Shown: positions 38,525 through 52,089 of the stretch, one piece after another | How the letters are laid out: each line of letters begins with the position of its first letter | How positions within the stretch are numbered: the stretch's first letter is position 1 | Assembly (NCBI GenBank): GCA_965240325.2 | Contig: OZ251242.1 | Location: forward strand, 1,302,001 to 1,366,000 | Length of the DNA: 64,000 nucleotides | Direction: 5' to 3' | Source: Rebecca billardiae RCC1528 | Taxonomy: Eukaryota > Protista > Haptophyta | Notes under the pieces: generated by a model | Told to the model about the DNA's origin: nothing | What the model saw: the letters and a program-made list of their open reading frames with translations, nothing else | The model's database searches: none | Program-made: the position numbers and the translations under genes

Positions 38525-40370
38525 TCAGGCGCTGAGCCGTGAGCGGCTTGACTGCGCGAGCGGCGCGAGCGCATGCGTGCCACGCGCGCGCCACTTCCAT
38601 CTATCGCGCTTCCGCCGGCTTCCGTCGGCTGAGTGATCACTACGATGTGTCCGCGAGGTCATCGCCTGGCGGCGCCAGCCTGCGGGCAGGCGTGGCGAGC
38701 TGCCCTGCGGTCGCGAGCCCTCGGGCATGCCGACTGAGGACGTGTTGGCGGCACCGTGACAGACCGTAGGCCTGCCCCCCTTGACGGCGCGAGGGTTCCC
38801 AGCCGATGCTGTCGCCGAGTGCTCCGGTGCTTCCTCTATTCTCTTGCTCAGTTGCCCGGTGCGCGCGCAGCTGGGCGGCGTGGTAATCTGACTCTCAACT
38901 AGCCGTGGCCTGCTGGCGGACAGACCGGCAGACCCGTGCGAAGTGACTCCGGCTGTCTGCGGCCTGAGCGTTCCCAGCCGCCCGACGGCGTCTGAGCTTG
39001 TGGGACGCTTGGCCGCCGGATGGAGGCAGCCCAGGGGACTGACAAGTCCATCCTGCATTCCGCTCGGGTCTCTCACTCAGCCAATTGTCAGGCCGGAGGC
39101 CGCGCCACCACGCGTGTGAGTTGTGGACAGTGCGGACCACACGCCCCAAAGCCCTCGTCCCTTAGGAGTCGATGCCTTCCGGGAGCTCGGTTGAATACAG
39201 TTGCGCGTGCGTGAGCGCCTCCCGGACAGCCGCCGCACACGTAGGCCGCCCGCCTCTGTCGTCCGCAGTGGCGCGTGCGCGTCGAGGCGCATGGCGGCTT
39301 TTGTTGCGCCGGTCGGGCCCGTGCTCGCGGCGCATGCACGCCCCACGACCAAGACGCTCGTCTTGGGTGCCTTCCATTCGCTCGCACCGCGACTATGTCG
39401 TCGACAGCCTTGTGATCACGCACATCGCCATTTCAAGCTGCCCGCGAGGATGCCGTGGCGGCAAGTGCAGCTGACGGCAAGGTGGCGATGTTGAGTACTC
39501 TCACGCCCATCGCAGAGAAGCAAAAACCCGACATTGAATGCCCCAGGGGCGCACGCGCGCCCATCACGCTCGTCGGACAGGCCTGCTCGAGAACTGCGCG
39601 TGCCATTCAGCAGCGCTCTGGCGCAGAGAGGGTGGCCGCCACGGTTGCTCGGGTGAGTAATTCGACAGCAGAATCATCCAGTCATCGATCTTGATGAATC
39701 GCAGCCGATCTTGCCACCGGATGGATGGATGATACCGAAGCATGCGGTATGATGATTATTATGATTGGGACATTGGGTATGAAAATAGCCGCCTGAGAAT
39801 CCGAAGTGATCGGTGCCATTGACGAAATTAGGACGCTCATCCTGTGAGCCAGTGCGCGTTAAAACGCATATTGAACAAACGGTATTTCAGGGCGGTGTTC
39901 GTCAACATTTGTATCTTGCGAAGCTGCGCAGGCGCACCACTCGGGTATTCGAGAAGGGAATCGGTGTTTGGCACACTTGTCGACCGAACCCGAAATATAC
40001 AGCCTTCGTCAAATGCCGAAGTCTCTTCGAAGATCGTTTCGTGCCGTTGCGTCGCAAACGACGAACGTCGAACCACACTTCCATATCAGGGCCCAAACGC
40101 CAATATGAACAAACTGCTCACTAATCTTGCCTTTGCGCGCCTACCCATCGGCGCCAACAGCTAGTGCACGAACCCACCCCTCCCGAGCGAGATCGCCCGA
40201 GTGACCGCTGCGTGCCCCACAGAGCGCGCAGATTGGTCCTCGGACCACCCCAGCCGCGCCACCCAGCGCTGGCCACTTGTGCGGCCGCCCCTGGCTCCCG
40301 GCGCGCGCCGCCCGCTTCAAACGCTCGCACGGGCGCGGGGCGGGGCGGTGCCGCGCGGCGGACGGGCGCG

Positions 40371-43358
40371 ATGCCCGGCCGCGCAGATCGAAGACGCATA
40401 GGCGCCGACGGCGGCAGCCCAGGCCCGGCGCACGCCGCGCCTGCGGACAGCGCCGGCTCGAGCCCCGAGGGGCCGCCTCGGCGCCCCGGCAGCCGCGTGA
40501 GCTTCGGCGCGGGCTCGGCCGAGTGCGCCTCGACCGAGTCGGTGCGCCGGCTCACGCCCAACTCGTCCCAGGCGTCGAGCAGGCACACCACGCCCTCCGT
40601 CCCCGCGCGCCAGGGCCGCGCGTCCGGCAGCAAGCGCATGTCGCTGGCACACCTCTCGCCCTCGGCCGGCTCGCGCTTCGACCGCGGCGGCGGCGGCGTC
40701 GCGCCGGAGGAGCGGCGGTCGGAGATCATGGCGCAGCTCGAGCACGCGCGCGCCGACGGGCGCACGATGCAGCTCCGCGTGCAGCTCCCCGCCGTCGTCC
40801 TCGGCACGTCGGTCGCGTTGCTGCCGATCGCGCTGATTGCGCTCGGCGGCCGCGCGGCCGCGCCCGCGTTCGCGCTGGGCGGCGCGATGCCCTTCTCGCT
40901 CGGGCTGGCGCTGCTGCTGGTGGCGGTGATGCCGACCGACCGGCGCGTCACGCAGGCCCTCGGCGGCCTGCTCGCCGCCGTCCTCGCCGCCGGCGCCGCG
41001 CTCGCCGCGCACCGAGCGCACCTGCTGCGCGTGGCGCTGCTGCGCGCGCTGGACAATGCTGTCGTCGGGCCGAGCGGCGGCGGCGCGGGCGGCGCGGCGC
41101 GCGCGGAGGCGGGCGGCGCGGAGTGGGCGCGGTGCGAGATGGCGCTGCTCGGCGTGCCCGCGCCGTGCGCCTTCGGCTGCGCCGCGCTCGGCCAGACCGC
41201 CGCGCTCGCCGCGTCCGCGGCGTTGCTCGTGCTGCTCATCGTACTGCGGCTGGCGCGCGGCGAGCAGGAGCGTCCGTTCCTCGTGGCGCTGTGGCGGGAC
41301 GTGGGGCGCTGGCTGGCGTGCGCGGGCGTGCTGCACCTCGGCGTGCTCGCCGTCGCGCTCGGCGCGCACTACGCGCGCGCCTCGCCGCCCGACGACGCGG
41401 CGGCCGCGGCGGCGTCGCTCGGCGCGCTCGGCGCTTCGGGCCTGTGGCTGCTGCTTCTCGGCGGCACGGTCTCGCGGCCTGGGGTGCGGGAGCGGCTGCA
41501 CTCGTGGCTCTCGGCGCACGGCCCCGAGGTGTCCGCCGCGGCGGGCGTCGCCGCGCTCATCGGCTCGCGCGACGAGAAGCTGATCCTCGCGCAGTCCGTT
41601 CAGCGCTTCCGCGCGATCTCTCTCGAGCACCTCGAGTTTCGGCACCTCGAGTCGAACGCGCCCGACCCGTCGCTGCACGCGCTCTCGACGCCGGCGGAGC
41701 TCGGCGCGGTGGACGTGCGCGCGCGCGCGACGCGGCGCGCGCAGCCGCCGCCCCGCGCGCGCGCGCGCCACGCCGCCGCCGCCGCCGCCGCCGTGCTCAC
41801 CAGTCAGTCCTCTGGCTGCTGCCCCGCCCGCGCTCTGCACTGTGCCCTGCGCCCCTTGCGCAGGCGTTCATCTCGCACTCGTGGTCGGACGACGTGAACG
41901 ACAAGTGGGCGGTGCTGCAGCGCTGGCGCGAGCGCTTCAGGGACAAGCACGGCAGAGAGGCGCGCGTGTGGGTGCGTACTCGCGCCAGAGCGCAGCGCAG
42001 CGGCCAAGAGGCCGAGAGCGCAGCGGCGGCCGGTGGCGGCCGCGTGCGCTGACGTGCCCCCCCCCCTCCCCCTTCCGCCCCGCCCCGCCCCGCCCCGCCC
42101 CGCTCCTGCGGTGCCACTGCGCGCAGCTCGACCGCGCGTGCATCGACCAGTCAGCCATCGAGGACAACCTGCTCTGCCTCCCCGTCTTCCTCGCCGGCTG
42201 CTCGCGCGTGCTCGCGATCGCCGGCGAGTCCTACTCATCGCGGCTGTGGTGCGTGATCGAGCTGTTCTGCTTCATCGCGATGGGCGGCAGCGCCGAGGCG
42301 ATCGAGCTGCTGCAGCTGCGCGGGTTTGGCGCGGTCGAGGGCTTCGACGTGCGCGGCGCGCGCTGCCACAAGCCCGAGGACGCGGAGCGGCTGCTGCTGA
42401 TCGTCGAGAGCACTCACGGCGGTCTGGACGGCTTCAACGCTCAGGTGAGCAGCGCACCCGCACCAACAAGCGCACCAACCAGTGCGCCCTTGGTGGCCGC
42501 GCGCGCACTGGCTGTGCTGTGCGGTGCGCTGTGCGCTGTGCCGGCCGGGCGCTGTGCGCGCGCTGCGGCTGTGCTGGGCAGGCGGCACGGCTGTGGCTGT
42601 GGCTGTGGCCGTGGCCGTGTCTGTGCCGGGGACGGCCTCGCATCGCCTCGCATCGCCGCGCGCCGCCGCGCCGCCGCGCCCTGCGATCGCTCGCGCGCGC
42701 GCGCAATTGCTCGCTCACGCGCGCCGCCCTCGCGCGCGCGCGGCGCGGCGCGCGCCCACCCCGCAGGTGCGCGCGGTGCTCGACCAGGCGGCGCACGCGT
42801 CGATGCTGCGCGAGCTGCAGGAGGAGCGGCTGCGCACGCCGCCCATGTCGCCGATGCGCGCGCTCCGCACCTCGTGGGCGGGCCGGAGCTCGGCCGGGCG
42901 CTCGTCAGTCGGCGGCGGCGGCGGCTTCCGCAGTTCCCAGCGCTGGTCGAGTGACGAGCATGGCGGCCTGGGGGGGCGCGCGGCGCAGCACCGGCTGGGG
43001 TCGGACTCGAGCCCGGCGAGCGTCGGGCGGCACAGCAGCCCGGGCACCACCGCGCTGCACTCGGGCGCGGCGGCGGCCGCGGCGGCGCGCACCGGCGCTC
43101 GCTCCGAGTCGGACGCGGCGGCGAGCGCGCAGTGGCGCACGTCGACTCTGTCGAGCGCCGCGTCCGACCTGGCCGATGAGGAGGCGGACGACGACGAGCC
43201 GCTGTTCGGCGCGCTGGGGATCGAGATGGGCGGGCTCGAGCCGCTGCCCCCCTTCGACGTCTCAGAGGTCGCAGAGGAGCCCGGCGCCGCCGGCGGCGCG
43301 CGCGGCGGCGGCGCCGGCGGCGGGAGCGCAGACGCGCGGCCGCTGGCCGATGAGCCGA

Positions 43359-43389
<31 letters not shown>

Positions 43390-43571
43390 GCGGCAGCCGC
43401 CGCCGGCCGCGTCATCCGGCGCGGGCACCAAGTCGCCCACGCCGCTCGCGCTGCTCGAGATGCCGAGCAGCGAGTCGCTCGGCGACAGCGCCGAGCCCGA
43501 CCTCGAGGCCGCCCAGCCAGCGCCCTCGCTCCGCACCGCCGCCGCGCACAGCGCCGCCGCCTCGTTCGCGC

Positions 43572-43602
<31 letters not shown>

Positions 43603-44755
43603 GCGGCCGGCGCGCGCGGCCGAGGGCGCGGGCGGCGGCGCGGCCCCGTTCGGAGGCCGGGCGGGGGCGCGCGGCGCGGCGGTCGCGGCGACGTGGCGGG
43701 CGGGCGCGCGCGCGATCACGCGCGCGCTAGAGGTGACCGTTGCGCTGCGCGCCCACGCCGCGACACGTGCGAGCGCGGCCAGCGACGACGACGGCGGCGG
43801 CGACGACGACGGCGGCGAGGCCGGCGGCGGCGGGGCGTGCGCGGCCGGCGAGATGTCGCCCTGGCGGCGTGCGAGCATCACGCCGGGCGCGCGCGCCGAG
43901 TTCGCGCCGCCGCAGCCGCCGCCGCCGCCGCCGCCGGCGGAGCAGCACCGCACGCGCCGCGTGGGCGCGGAATCGCCGCCGCCCGCCAGCTCGCCTGTGT
44001 GCTCGCCCGAGACACAGACGCGCCAGCCGCTGCTGCGCGCGCGCGCGGCGACGTCCGCGCTCAGCCGCGCGCCCGGCGCCGCGCGCGCGGCCGGCGCGGG
44101 CGCGGGCGCGGGCGCGTCGCCGCCCGGCGCGGGCCGCGCGCCCGCCGCCGCCGCCGCCGCCGCCGCTGGCGGTGGCGCTGAGTCTGCCGGCAGCGCCATC
44201 CCGCGCATCGGCCGCTCCCGTTCGACCACGCAGAGCTTTGCGAGGCCCGGACTGGTGCGGCGCTCGCCCACGGCCGGCGTGGTGGGCTGCGACGGCGGCG
44301 GCGGCTGCGGGAGCCCGAAGCCCGCCGCCGCGCCCGCGCCCTCGCCCGCGCCGCTCTCCGCCGAGCTCGCGCGGCTCGCCGAGCACGCGCAGATCTACGC
44401 GCGGCCGGAGCGGCAGCGGCACAGCAGCGGACGGCAGAGCGGCGCGCGTGTCAGCCAGACGCTCAGCAGCACGCTCTCGCTCGCGCGCACCGAGGGCTCG
44501 CCGCCGCCCACGCTGGCGCGCTCGCGCTCGAGCGGCGACGAAGGGCGCCGGAGCTCGGGCGGCAAGGCCGAGCGCGAGGCCGGCCAGTCCGGGCACGGCG
44601 GCGGCGGGGCGAGCGTCACGCCGCTGCACACGCCGGCCGCCGCGTCGCCGTTGCGCACGCCGAGCGCCGCGCCCGAGGCGCTCGGCGCCGCTCTGCCAGC
44701 GGCGCACCGGCCGGCGCCGGTGCAGCAGGTGGCGGCTACTGCCCACGTGGCCTGA
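40371..44755 (+). CDS. Multi-pass membrane protein (~6 TM) + TIR-like domain + long disordered C-terminus; exons 40371-41714, 41864-41971, 42127-42444, 42767-44755
   Basis: Spliced TIR motifs DAFISHSWSD, VWLDRACIDQ, LPVFLAGCSRVLAIAGESYSSRLWCVIELF; three phase-0 GT-AG introns keep the frame. Confidence 0.85.
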
Positions 44756-46310
44756 CCGGCGCCAGCGCCCTGCCCGGCCGGCCGGCACCTCAGACCGCAG
44801 ACGCTCAGGACTCAGCCGAGGAGTAGACGACGCGGCCGACTGATCAGGCAGAATCAGTGTAATGATAGATGCGGCTTATTGATGGCGGTCGTCGGCCACG
44901 GATTCGACATTCGGCCGCCACGCGGATTCGACATTATTCATCACATCATCGTCAGCATCGCGCAGCGCAGCATGAGCATCGTAGTCGTGATCGATCGGCG
45001 GCGCGCATTATTAATATTATATATATCAGACGATGATAAGTGATGATGACTACTATCTACGATATCGCGAATATATATAGTAACGGCGGCATAATAAGAC
45101 GGTCGTCGCGTCCATGCGAGCCGCGCAGCGCAGGAGGTGGATCGCGCTCCAGCAGCTCAAGGCCGTCGCGCACAAGCTATTCGATCGCGCGGTGCAGCAG
45201 GCTATCCGCTATGCTCTGCCACCAATTTATCGCCGCCGATGACTTGGCGTGGCGGGGACTGGGCACTGCCGCCGACGAATCAGGACGAGACCCGCGTCGT
45301 CCCGCGTACACTACTAACACTACTTGTGTCGTTTAAGCATACTGATACGGTCATCATTACGGAAAGAGCTAGTATAACTCATAATACGTACGATATCACG
45401 ACTATAGTTTCGCGGAAGCGGCCGATCGACGACGACGACAGCATAATAATATATGCGCGCAGTACTAACTACCTGATGGTCCGGACCTTATTTTGTCGCG
45501 CGTGCCGATGCCGATGATCGTCGGCCTTACTTCACTGCATGGATCTGTCCGAAGCCATGCACCGAATACTCATATATACTGATGCAGGGCATGGCGCGGC
45601 GCGCGGGCCGACGGACGGCCTCTCTGAGGCGCGCCAGTTCAACGTCCGGGACCGGGGGGCGTTGCGTGGGCCGGTCGGCGTCGCCGTACGACGAGCGCGT
45701 GAGACTGAGTAGCGGCTTCTGTTCCAACGTTTCGACCACTCTCACGTCCCGATGAGTCCGCCACGACCGACGACGTTCTCACTCATGCGGCGCGCCGGTG
45801 ACGGGTGAGGCTGCGCATGGGAAGGATGGGCAAGTAGGGGCCAGGATCCCCCTTCTAACGGCCATGCTGAACTTTTTGGCATATGCATTGCGACCGTGCA
45901 TGCCTCGGGCAATGGTCCATCTGACCCTTCAAGCCGTGGGTCTGACGAGCAAGGTTGGCTGCGCTGTAGTCGTGCAACCGCCGTCCACGGCCACGAGTTT
46001 GGCGTGACAGTGTGCGGCGCGCCTGTCAACAGCGGGCGCGATCCTCGACCGACATGGCTCGCGAGATGATCAGGGATGGCAGCAACCTTCTCTCGGACCA
46101 CGTCAAGCGATTTGGCGACCTCAGGACTGGATGTACTCAAAGTGGCACCACCATCTGCCCGTCCATCTGGCGTGCCGCATGTACTGCAGTCGTACGACGT
46201 CCGGCCGGGGCGGAGGGATTCCGCTCCGATCCCGTGACGAGTGACGACCCCTGTGTGGAAAAGATTCTGGGCTGCTTTTGCTCATCATACTACGCCGATC
46301 GTGATTATTA

Positions 46311-48631
46311 GGGCCATTCTGGACCCGGCGGAAAAATTTCCGCCGAGGGTATTCGGGGTAAAAGCCCGTTTTTTCTTGCCGACGGTTCGCGTACGAAACG
46401 ATTTACAGGTCGCGAGATCGAACGCGAGCTCATAGGACGCGGACCGATGTCGCAACGGGGCTCGTCGCAGAACGCCATCAGCCATCGCCCGTGCTGCAAG
46501 CGCCGCCCACGCACCGCCCGGAGACACCTGTCGCGATGGGCAGCGGCGAGGCGCACGGCGCGAGCCATGCGCGTGTGAGCGGGTCAAGGGCGTGCTTGCG
46601 CGCTGGGCGCTAGCGCTGGGCGAAGTGCTCGAGCACGGCGAGGACGGCAGCCAACTTGCAGATGTGGCACCAGGCACGGCTTTGCAGCAGCGTGCAGCGC
46701 TCCCACACCTGATCTCTGGCAAGGGCGGTAAGGGCTGTCAACTCCCAGTGGCGCCGAGTGACGGAGGTTCTGGGCCCCTCAACTCGTGCGGCCTCGCGGC
46801 CCAGCGGCTAAGTCTCCTGGGGCGCCGCCCTGGAGGGCGCGTGGGGAAGCGCACGCCGCGTGCTCCTGCGGCCGCGGCAGCGGCCGCGGACACGGCGCGC
46901 GTGGTTGGTCGCCTGCTAGACAGCACGTAGTACCCTCTCACGCCGCGCGCCGCGCTTGCCGGCGCCCTCGCCGCGCCTCAGGCCAGCCGTGCACGCGCGC
47001 CGCACCAAGAGCCAGCCGTGGCCACGCGCCAGCCGCCGGCGCGCGCGCGGTGCGCGGCGCGGTCGGCGCGGGTCGGGCGCGCGCCCGGGGCGAGGCTCAC
47101 GTATGATGGGCCCGCGTCATGCCGCCTCGCGCCAGATGATACGACCAACCACGCGCGCCGTGTCCGCGGCCGCTGCCGCGGCCGCAGGAGCACGCGGCGT
47201 GCGCACCCCACGCGCCCTCCAGGGCTGCGCCCCAGGAGACTTAGCCGCTGCGCCGCGAGGCCGCACGAGTTGAGGGGCGCCCAACCTCCGCCACTCGGCG
47301 CCACTCGGAGTTGACAGCCCTTACCCCCCTTGTCTCTGGCCAGGCCTTGTACGTACTCACTTCGCTCTTGCGCGCGCGAGTGACAAGAGCGCCTAGCTCA
47401 ATGCACACTGGTGTCGGCATGAAAAGCGCGAGCACGTCCTCAGTGAGCTACTAGAGCACTTAGACCGTGGGTCGGCACGAGCAGCGCATCTTGAATGGCG
47501 CTGGCGCGGTTGTGGGGGCGAATGTACGTTTGCTCACGTCCGGGCAAAGTCGCCAGCGCTGAGCCGCAGTCGCGGCCAAACGCCGTTTGGCGCATGAGAC
47601 GTTGAGTAGATGAGCTGGCATGAGTGCACAGCATGACATTTTACAGCCTGAGGCTGAGAGTTGTCACGCGTGATCAGGGTTGGTGTAGATGTAAGCGCTG
47701 GCAACTTAGGCTCTGGACTGCTCTCCACCGCAAGACTCCTAATGAGCACCAATCGCGCTAGCCGCACGTCGAGTGCTCAACGTACATGCCATCACAGGTA
47801 ACAAACAAGGCGTGTCGCGCATTCGCCCCATCTGAGTCGCACGTCTGGCCTTGGGAGTGGCACGAAGGCCAGCACGCTGATGCCCGTGCAGGGGGAGCAC
47901 CAAGCGGCGTAGGCTTCTGAGTAGCGCGTGGATAACAAAAAGCCGGGGCACGTGGGCGCGCGCACTGGCACCGCGAACGGCATCTGGCGACGCCGCAAGA
48001 AAAGGGTGAACATCATGCTCTCGTGCCGATTCACTCCTCGATGCCTCCGGATGCGCATGCACGTCACGATGACGGTAACGCGCGCGGGGGCAAAGCGCGG
48101 CGTATGCGCAATCAGAGCATTATGCCGTATCAGTGCGTACTTCAAGCCCTGATGCAGCGTCAGCGTACGCTGTCGCGTGCGGTCGCACATCTGCGCATTT
48201 GGCGCGGAGGCGCAAGAGCAGGAGCGTGCGCGCGCTTGGTGACCACGGAGGAAAGCGAATCGCAGCACATCGCTTGGTGTGGGGGAAGGTGGACCCGCGA
48301 TCGCACCGTTCCCACCCGCGCGCTCCAGCTCACGGGGCAGCGGGGCGGGTGCGGCGGCGGGACACCATGATCGGCGCCGGCGGGGGCAGGCCAGTACCGC
48401 GGGGCGGGTTCCGACGACCCCCCAACTTCGGCTTCACAAAGGACAGGTCGCCAGATAGAGCTTACAATTTCCATAGTAGTACATACGGCAAAAATCTCAT
48501 CTGGGGGTCGAGTTGAGATTTTTTCCAAACGCTCGTTACTTTTTTCCGGCATAGCTATGCCGGCAAGAAAAAACGGGCTTTTACCCCGAATACCCTCGGC
48601 GGAAATTTTTCCGCCGGGTCCAGAATGGCCC
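46311..48631. mobile_element. Non-autonomous PIF/Harbinger element, 71-bp perfect TIR, TTA TSD
   Basis: GGGCCATTCTGGACCCGGCGG...TTCTTGCCG (46311-46381) and its reverse complement (48561-48631); TTA at 46308-46310 and 48632-48634. Confidence 0.92.
46720..47332. mobile_element. P-element-like MITE nested in the Harbinger element; ~190-bp TIRs, 7-bp TSD
   Basis: CAAGGG...CCCTTG termini; arms 46720-46911 / 47142-47332; TCTCTGG at 46713-46719 and 47333-47339. Confidence 0.85.
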
Positions 48632-48834
48632 TTACGCTGTTTTTTATATCAGCTCTTGCTCCGCTCGGCAGATTGCTCAGCTCCCCATAGAGCCCGGACT
48701 TATAAAGTCCGGTATCCATGGAGAAAGAGATGTGCCCGCAGCGGAGGAAGAGCCGACCCAAGGCCTGCCAGTGGTGGGCTGGCCTGGGAGTTTGCTAACA
48801 CGGCGGCACAGGCAATCGTCATCGTCGGATCTGT

Positions 48835-49180
48835 TCTGAGCAGCAGGTTGGCAAGCACAGCAGAAAAGGTTGGCAAGCACAGCAGAGACTGCCCCAAACA
48901 CACAGGTGAGCACCTCTCTCACACGAGCCACAGCGTCGCACGTGCTCGGCAGCGGTCGAGCGGCACACGAAGACAGAAGAGGCAGCACGAGCAATGGCAA
49001 CACGAGCGTTCTGACCAGCAGGTTCGCAAGCACAGCAGAAACTGCCCCAAACACACGGCCGAGCACCTCTCTCACACGGGCAACAGCCTCGCACGTGCAT
49101 GGCAGGGGTCGAGCGGTGGCACGAAGACAGAAGAGGCAGAGACAGAAGAGGCAGCACCAGCAGTGGCAACACGAGCGGCG
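48835..49180. repeat. Tandem duplication, period ~153 bp
   Basis: actgccccaaacacac...gagcacctctctcacacg...acgaagacagaagaggcag at ~48888 and ~49041. Confidence 0.85.
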
Positions 49181-49974
49181 ACGGTGCGGTGGGACGTGGC
49201 AACAATGCCAGCGCGGTGCATGGCACACAGGTCCGTCGCATGGGCACGCACAGCAAGCATCATCCGGGCCGAGCAGCACGCACGCATGCGTGGGCGCAGT
49301 GCCGCGCCTCGTTCACCAAATTATTGGTGGCACGCGGTGGATCCGTGGCAGTGGTGAGCACGCGGTGGATCCGTGATTGCGGGTTGGGTTTCGGGGTGAA
49401 TGTGCGCGAAGCTCGTTGCGTACTTGCGTTACGACGAAACTAGTCAGCTGGCGACGATGGCGGCGCCGCGATCGCCACGGAGGTGTACGCGAGTCTCGAT
49501 ATGCACGAGCAGCACGATGTCGCGCCTAGCGCGGCAGGCAGCTGCTCGCACGCTGACGCGACCTCTTCCGTGACTGCCGACACAGCAGCTGCCGAGCCAG
49601 CGGGCAGCTCGAGCCACCCCGGCAGCGTGCCGCACGCCATCGCAGGCGTCTCATCCACGGGCATGATGTGCCTGGGCGACCGCCACAGCCAGCGCACCTT
49701 CGCACCGGAGGAGGTCGACTGCCTGCGCACCAAACTGTACGCGCCGTGGGCGGCCGAGGCACAGACGGGAGCGATCCTTGCGCTTGAGACCGGCATGCAG
49801 TACGACTGAGACGACAGGGTCAACCTGATCGGATGCTGGGCGCTGATGACGTCTGATCACTGATGCGAGTGCGCCACGTCTGAATATGTGTACGCACACC
49901 TCAATATGCTGATGTCAGCGCTGACGATATACTCTCGCATTAAGATTTCATACTCCACAGTAGCAGTGCCTGGC

Positions 49975-51203
49975 GGCTCCGGATTCGGTTGACCCCTGCC
50001 AGTGGCGGGCATTCTGAGAACCGAGTCGAAGTCACTCGAGCGGACCATATAGCCGGGTCCCTCCCGACCCCCGATTGATGACTTCCAAGCGACATTGAGC
50101 ATACACCCACCTCCCAATAGGATTCAGACTCATTTTTATAAGTGACACATACAAAAATGCGACCGAAATCCGAAACATGGGTAACTGTATATTAACATGG
50201 GTATCTCTGACGGAACTTGTATTCAGACAGTGATGTCACAGCTCACCGCCCCGCACTCGCGAGCGCGCTCTGGTTGGTCAGCTGCGCGCGGAGAGCATTG
50301 TGCCGCTCCTCGCTCAGCTGGTACACCGCTGGGCGCGGCCGCTCCGCCGCCGCTGCCGCGTGCCTCCGCCTCGTGCCGCGTGCTGGGGCGCCGCTGAAAG
50401 CCGGCGTGATCGGTTGCACGGGCGTGAGCTCGACAACGCCGCGGATGTTGCTGGAGTTGACGATGAAGCGCGTGTCGCCGTCGTTCCCAGCGGCAACTGC
50501 GTCCCATTCGGCAAACGAGAGCCCGCTCGCGTCGTCCGGGATGCGGTCCCACCACTTGATGGCCACCGCGGCCTCGTTGGCTGCAAACGACACGTTGTCA
50601 AGGGAGCCGGCCACCTGGAACTTCTTGACAATGCACGAGCCGTCGCCTGCGTCCACGGTGCGCGCGATCCAGTAGCCCTGGCGGAGCCACTGGTCCTCGA
50701 CGTCGCCCGCGCGCCGCCTCCCGAACCGACGCTGCGGCTTCACCTCGATGGCGATCCACAACTCCGGCACGAGCGAGTCGAGCAGATTGGCTGCAGCTGT
50801 GGCGGCGCCGCTGCGCAGGCGGCGGTCGGTGGTGGTGTCCACCGTGTGCACGATCGCGAGGTCACGCGCGACCGCCAGGAGGTGCTCGGCATCGCGTTCG
50901 CCAAGAGTAGCTCGCAGCTGTTCGTCCGAGACGTCGGCGTCGAACACGCTGCGCACGTCGCGCCCGCACCACCATGGCAGTGGGCAAAAGTACCCGGACT
51001 CCCAGTAGAAATGGTGAAATTCGGGCTCTGACGCCGTGTAAAAACAAGCGATCGCGGCAAACGGTGCGGATTCGCGCTCAGCACGCCAGCCCGAGTCCAG
51101 CAAGCCTTCGACCGCCTCCGTGCGACCTCGCGAAGGTCGTTTTCATTTTCGGTACGCCCGGTTTCTATGACCGGACTGGCAGGGGTCAACCGAAGCCGGA
51201 GCC
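49975..51203. mobile_element. DNA transposon remnant, 29-bp TIR, 4-bp TSD (TGGC), inserted in a ~170-bp tandem repeat
   Basis: GGCTCCGGATTCGGTTGACCCCTGCCAGT (49975-50003) vs reverse complement of 51175-51203 (28/29). TGGC on both flanks. Removing it restores tagcagtgcctggcgtcagac, matching the uninterrupted copy tagcagtgacctcgtcagac at ~51397. Confidence 0.8.
50243..51103 (-). pseudogene. ATG-less ORF inside the 49975-51203 element, possibly a transposase C-terminal remnant
   Basis: 286 codons with coding-like composition (FHHFYW, WIAIEV, GYWIARTV, AVAIKWWD); no DDE core visible. Confidence 0.45.
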
Positions 51204-52089
51204 TGGCGTCAGACCCGTCAGTGCAGCGGTTCCCGCGCGATAAAACCGCGTACGCGGACGGCGGGACGCCGCCACGGCGCGTCTGAATATGTGAATAATG
51301 TGTACACACTGTCACATAACACACACCTCCGGATGTCAGCGCTGATGACGACATACTCTCGCATTCAGAGATTTCTGCACTATTAGTATTACACAATAGC
51401 AGTGACCTCGTCAGACACGGACCTGTGTGGACAGCACTTCCAACTGATGCCTATAAGACGGCGTGCGCGCACGCATGACGAGTCGTCAACAAGCGCCAAT
51501 AAACATTTTTATATATCATTATTCATCATTTTTCGTCGTCGCCACCCACCTTTATGCTGCTCGCTGCGCTCGCAGCTGATCTGATCTGAGCTCCCAGCTA
51601 CCCTCCATCACACCTTACAAAACCAGTTTCCAGGTCTCTCTTCGGAGAGCGTGCGATGAAGGATGGCGCGGCAACCTGCCACCGTGAGCCTTACGCACGT
51701 TAAAACAAATAAACTGTACGCAGATTCCGAGGCGGACACTGCTGCAACTTGCAAGCTTCGACCAGTACCACTACAGACGAATCAAGAGAGCTGCGCCCTC
51801 GTGCCTGTGTCTTTAAATCATAGAATTAGTCCTTCGGGTCGACCAAAAGGACCATCATCAAAAGAGCGCGGGCGATCGTGCATTATTCGTGCGTCCGTGC
51901 GTGCGGAATCAAAGAAATCGCGCGAGTCTTTTGATTGGTCGGCATCACGCCTCGACCGTGGCTCTCATGAGACTGCTGAGTAAGCAGACATCCCGCATCC
52001 GGTCGCTCCGCTCATCAGAAGCGCGCGAGGCACCACGCGCACCACTACGTACACTACGTGCAAGGTTAGGGTCGACACGGCTCAAGCGA

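Noticed and set aside
38600-40160. Genes in the fadH-TIR intergenic region
   Set aside because: Short ORFs without motifs or host codon bias; probably decayed sequence.
47340-48300. Harbinger transposase remnant
   Set aside because: Only a weak resemblance (MMFTLFLRRR); no catalytic motifs, so not supportable without an HMM search.
49450-49830. Small coding-like ORF 49483-49809
   Set aside because: GTG start only and no recognisable domain; at most a gene relic.
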